NCBI GenBank assembly: GCA_013239625.1 | Contig: MU054662.1 | Coordinates: forward strand, 14,001,798 to 14,065,797 | Length of the DNA: 64,000 nt | Reading direction: 5' to 3' | From: Lama guanicoe | Lineage: Eukaryota | In this document: one piece after another, positions 61,386 through 64,000 of the stretch | Layout: the number at the start of each line of letters is the position of its first letter | Position numbering within the stretch: the stretch's first letter is position 1 | Program-made: the position numbers and the translations under genes | Notes under the pieces: generated by a model | What the model was told of the DNA's origin: nothing | What the model saw: only the letters and a program-made list of their open reading frames with translations | Database searches by the model: none

Positions 61386-62949
61386 GCTCTTTGAACAGAT
61401 GTTCTGAGTGTCATCTAAAATACTCCATGAAAAAAACAAGAAAAGCAGTAAAAGGAGGGCAGCGAACTGGGCCTTAGAAGCAGCATGCTCGGAGGGCAGG
61501 GTCGACGGAGAGGGACCCGCCGAGACACACGAGGTGCCCAGCGAAGAGGGACAGGCCCTCGGGGGCCACGTGGCCACAGAAGGGGGCGGTGGGGAGAGAG
61601 GGGTCTGTGGCAGCACCCCAGGGCTCACGGGGGTTGGGGAAGAATGAGAAGGGACCGAGGTAGGGCTGCCAGTGGTGACACAGTGGGTGCACGTCAGAGG
61701 GCGGGCGGGCCATGAATGCTGGGGCGGCAGAGAGGGAGGTGAGCCCAGGACTCAGAAGGTTTGGCTACGAAGGGATGGAGACAAAGTGGAGGGTGAGGGT
61801 CACAGAAGGAGGGGGTCTGGGCGGGGGTGTACTGTTCAAGCCCCCTAACCTCCTGCCATTGGCAGAACAAAGGGAGAGAAGTGGCTGTGGGCATGGTGTT
61901 CACAGTGCTGGACCCTGGGCAGCAGTGGGGTAAGGCCCCCCAGGGCCAGTGGGGCCGGAACCCGGGGTCCCCGTGGCCCAGAGGGCAGCGCCAGCCCCCC
62001 ACCCCGTGGGATTACTCCTGCTCCGGGAAGCCTGGAGGACTCGCCCATGTTCCAGCAGGCTTACTACAGCCGCCCCCGCCCCAGCAGAGCTGGCAGCCTT
62101 CCCCGGGTGGGGGCCGCACAGCAGATGCAGACTCTCTCATTAAGTGACTTGCATATGGAGTGACGACACCTCTCCCCTCGCCCACCCGGCTCCCACCCGT
62201 CACGTGCACCCGGAGCTGCCAGCCTCCCCTCCCCGCAGACACCACCAGTGCAGGGCCCACAGCCACCACAGCCACCGCCATGGCCTCGGCTGCAGCTCAG
62301 ACAAGGGCACGCTTGTCCCCCCGCTCACTGCTCGGGGTCTCTGCGCCCACCTGGAGTCCTCCAGGGAGGCAGCACCCAGCCCGCAGGAGAGAAAGCAAGG
62401 TCACGTGCTCAGGGACAGGGCCCCCGAGTCCCTCTCGGGGCTCCATGGTTTCACCCAGAGCCCCTCCTGCCCCCACTGCATGCTGAGCAGGACCGGGAAG
62501 GGGAAGGCTCCAGGCCTGGAGGAGACTGGGGTGGCCCCTGTTCACAAAACTGGTATAAAATTGATCACAAACATAGCTCTAAACTTAAACGAAGAATTGA
62601 ACGTGTATTAAAATTAAAATAGCTTTTTCCCAGATTTTGCATGTTACAACATCGCAGAGAAGGTTATCCAAGGCAGAATTTTCTCATTCTTGGTGCCCCT
62701 GCTCCGAATGTGGCCTGCAACACGCCGGGTGTGCATGTCGGGTCCTCCTGACACACGTGTGTGCATGCCAAGTTCTCAGGCACGCACAGGAAACACACGC
62801 AGACATGCAGCTTGCTTCATCCTGTCTCTGTTCATTGTTTCTTCCTCCCATCTCTTAAGATAAAACCCTGCTCCCCCAAAATCATCTTGCTAAGCCCCCA
62901 CGCCCTTCTCTGATGAAGCCCGCGATAGCAATCGTTGCCCGACTGGATG

Positions 62950-63065
62950 TCGAGAGTTGAATCCCAATTACTACCTCCTGTGTGTGTGACTTTGGGCAAA
63001 TCTCTGGCTGTCTCTTCACGGCCCCCTCCCTTTGAGGACAGGATTAAAAATAACTCTGAGAACAT
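62950..63065 (+). mobile_element. MIR fragment
   Basis: gttgaatccca...tgtgtgactttgggcaaat. Confidence 0.55.
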
Positions 63066-63094
63066 CACTGAGCGAATTCAGTAGGGCAACGTAC

Positions 63095-63330
63095 ATCTTA
63101 GTCCTGTTTGGTCTGGGGCTTCCAAAAAACCAGACGCCGAGACAGCTTTAGATGCGAAGGAGATTTGTCGAGGGAAACACCTGGGAGGAAAAGGGGGAGT
63201 CATGGAGGCCGAGGGGCTGCTGGGCCCTCACGCAGGTCTGAGCCCATGAAGGAGATGGGGAAGGAAGGAAGACGGGGTGCTAGCAGTTTCAGTGCAGCCG
63301 GGAAGGAGCCCTCTGGTCAGTGACCAGCAA
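63095..63330. mobile_element. LTR16-like (ERVL) LTR fragment
   Basis: cagacgccgagaca...gcaggtctgagcccatgaaggagatggggaaggaagga resembles recalled LTR16. Confidence 0.55.
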
Positions 63331-64000
63331 AAAGGCTCATGTGTGAGACGGAGGAGAAAGGCTCACGGGCGTGGGACACTTCTCAGGACAAGAGACCTAC
63401 GTGCTGGCGAGGACTGGAGTGGGGCAGACTCACCGCTGGGGTCGGGCGGGGGGCGGTTCTTGGAAGCCTGGAAAAGAGGTGCCTGCTGCAGTGTGTGTGC
63501 ACGCCCTAGTTATCCTGGCGGACACTAGGAAGAAAAACTAAGAAAGAGAGAGCGGGGCTTGCTGGAATGATGCATCAGGTGAGGCCAGCAGACCCCCTGG
63601 AAATTATGGTCCACAAGAGGGCCTGGAGGACAGCCGTGCACTAAGGAATACTCAGGGAAGGGCCTCTCAGCATCCCCAAGACGCTTGTGGTGGCTCACCT
63701 CTGCAGGTCAAGGTCAGAGGTAGAAGAGATGCTCACAGCGCTGGCTGGTTAGTTTCCAGGAGGATGTTGGGGCCCAGAGTTGAGAGGCCAGGCGGTGGTC
63801 CTGAAGTCAGGAGCCACGATTGCTGCATGTCTGGAAAGGTCGGAGGTCAGCTGAGGGGTCTTGACCCACTGGGAGGCGTGGAGATGGTTGAGAGATTGCC
63901 GTGTGTGGCAGGGAAAGCAGACGGCAGCCAGCAGCATGCTGCTGGACCTTTATGACAGTGACAAGACAGGCAGGATGGGGGCGGGAGGCTGGCAGGCAGC

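Noticed and set aside
1-64000. Several hundred 60-280 aa ORFs in the six-frame track (e.g. 21962-22756, 8800-9447, 11584-12225)
   Set aside because: They have Pro/Gly/Arg/Ala-rich composition, overlap on both strands, often use non-ATG starts and show no recognisable domains. This is expected by chance in GC-rich, stop-poor DNA.
25100-64000. Neighbouring genes expected from human synteny (SPATA19, IGSF9B) or lncRNAs
   Set aside because: I recognised no exons of these genes, and lncRNAs cannot be called from sequence alone.

Overview
This is mammalian genomic DNA, most likely camelid (alpaca, llama or camel), judged from four copies of a tRNA-derived SINE with the camelid-type AATAAATAAACCTAATTACC tail and from the L1 3' ends. 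The only protein-coding sequence I can support is the first coding exon (exon 1a) of the IgLON cell-adhesion gene OPCML. It lies on the minus strand at 24474-24414 and encodes the signal peptide MHHPACWAVFSVTVALLFIP(G), ending at a phase-1 GT donor. Positions 1-24413 are therefore the start of OPCML intron 1, and about 24.6-64 kb is promoter and upstream intergenic DNA. The rest is decayed interspersed repeats (SINE, MIR, L1, L2, LTR, hAT, Tigger), simple repeats and three N gaps, one of which sits in the OPCML 5'UTR. The hundreds of ORFs in the track are chance products of high GC content. The most striking signal is evolutionary: old repeats, target-site duplications and the OPCML exon appear shifted A/T to G/C, as expected from strong GC-biased gene conversion. 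A solo LTR carrying a CCAAT/octamer array lies about 11.4 kb upstream, in the same orientation as OPCML. I found no evidence of a novel multi-gene system. Repeat family names and consensus comparisons are from memory and need RepeatMasker/Dfam confirmation.
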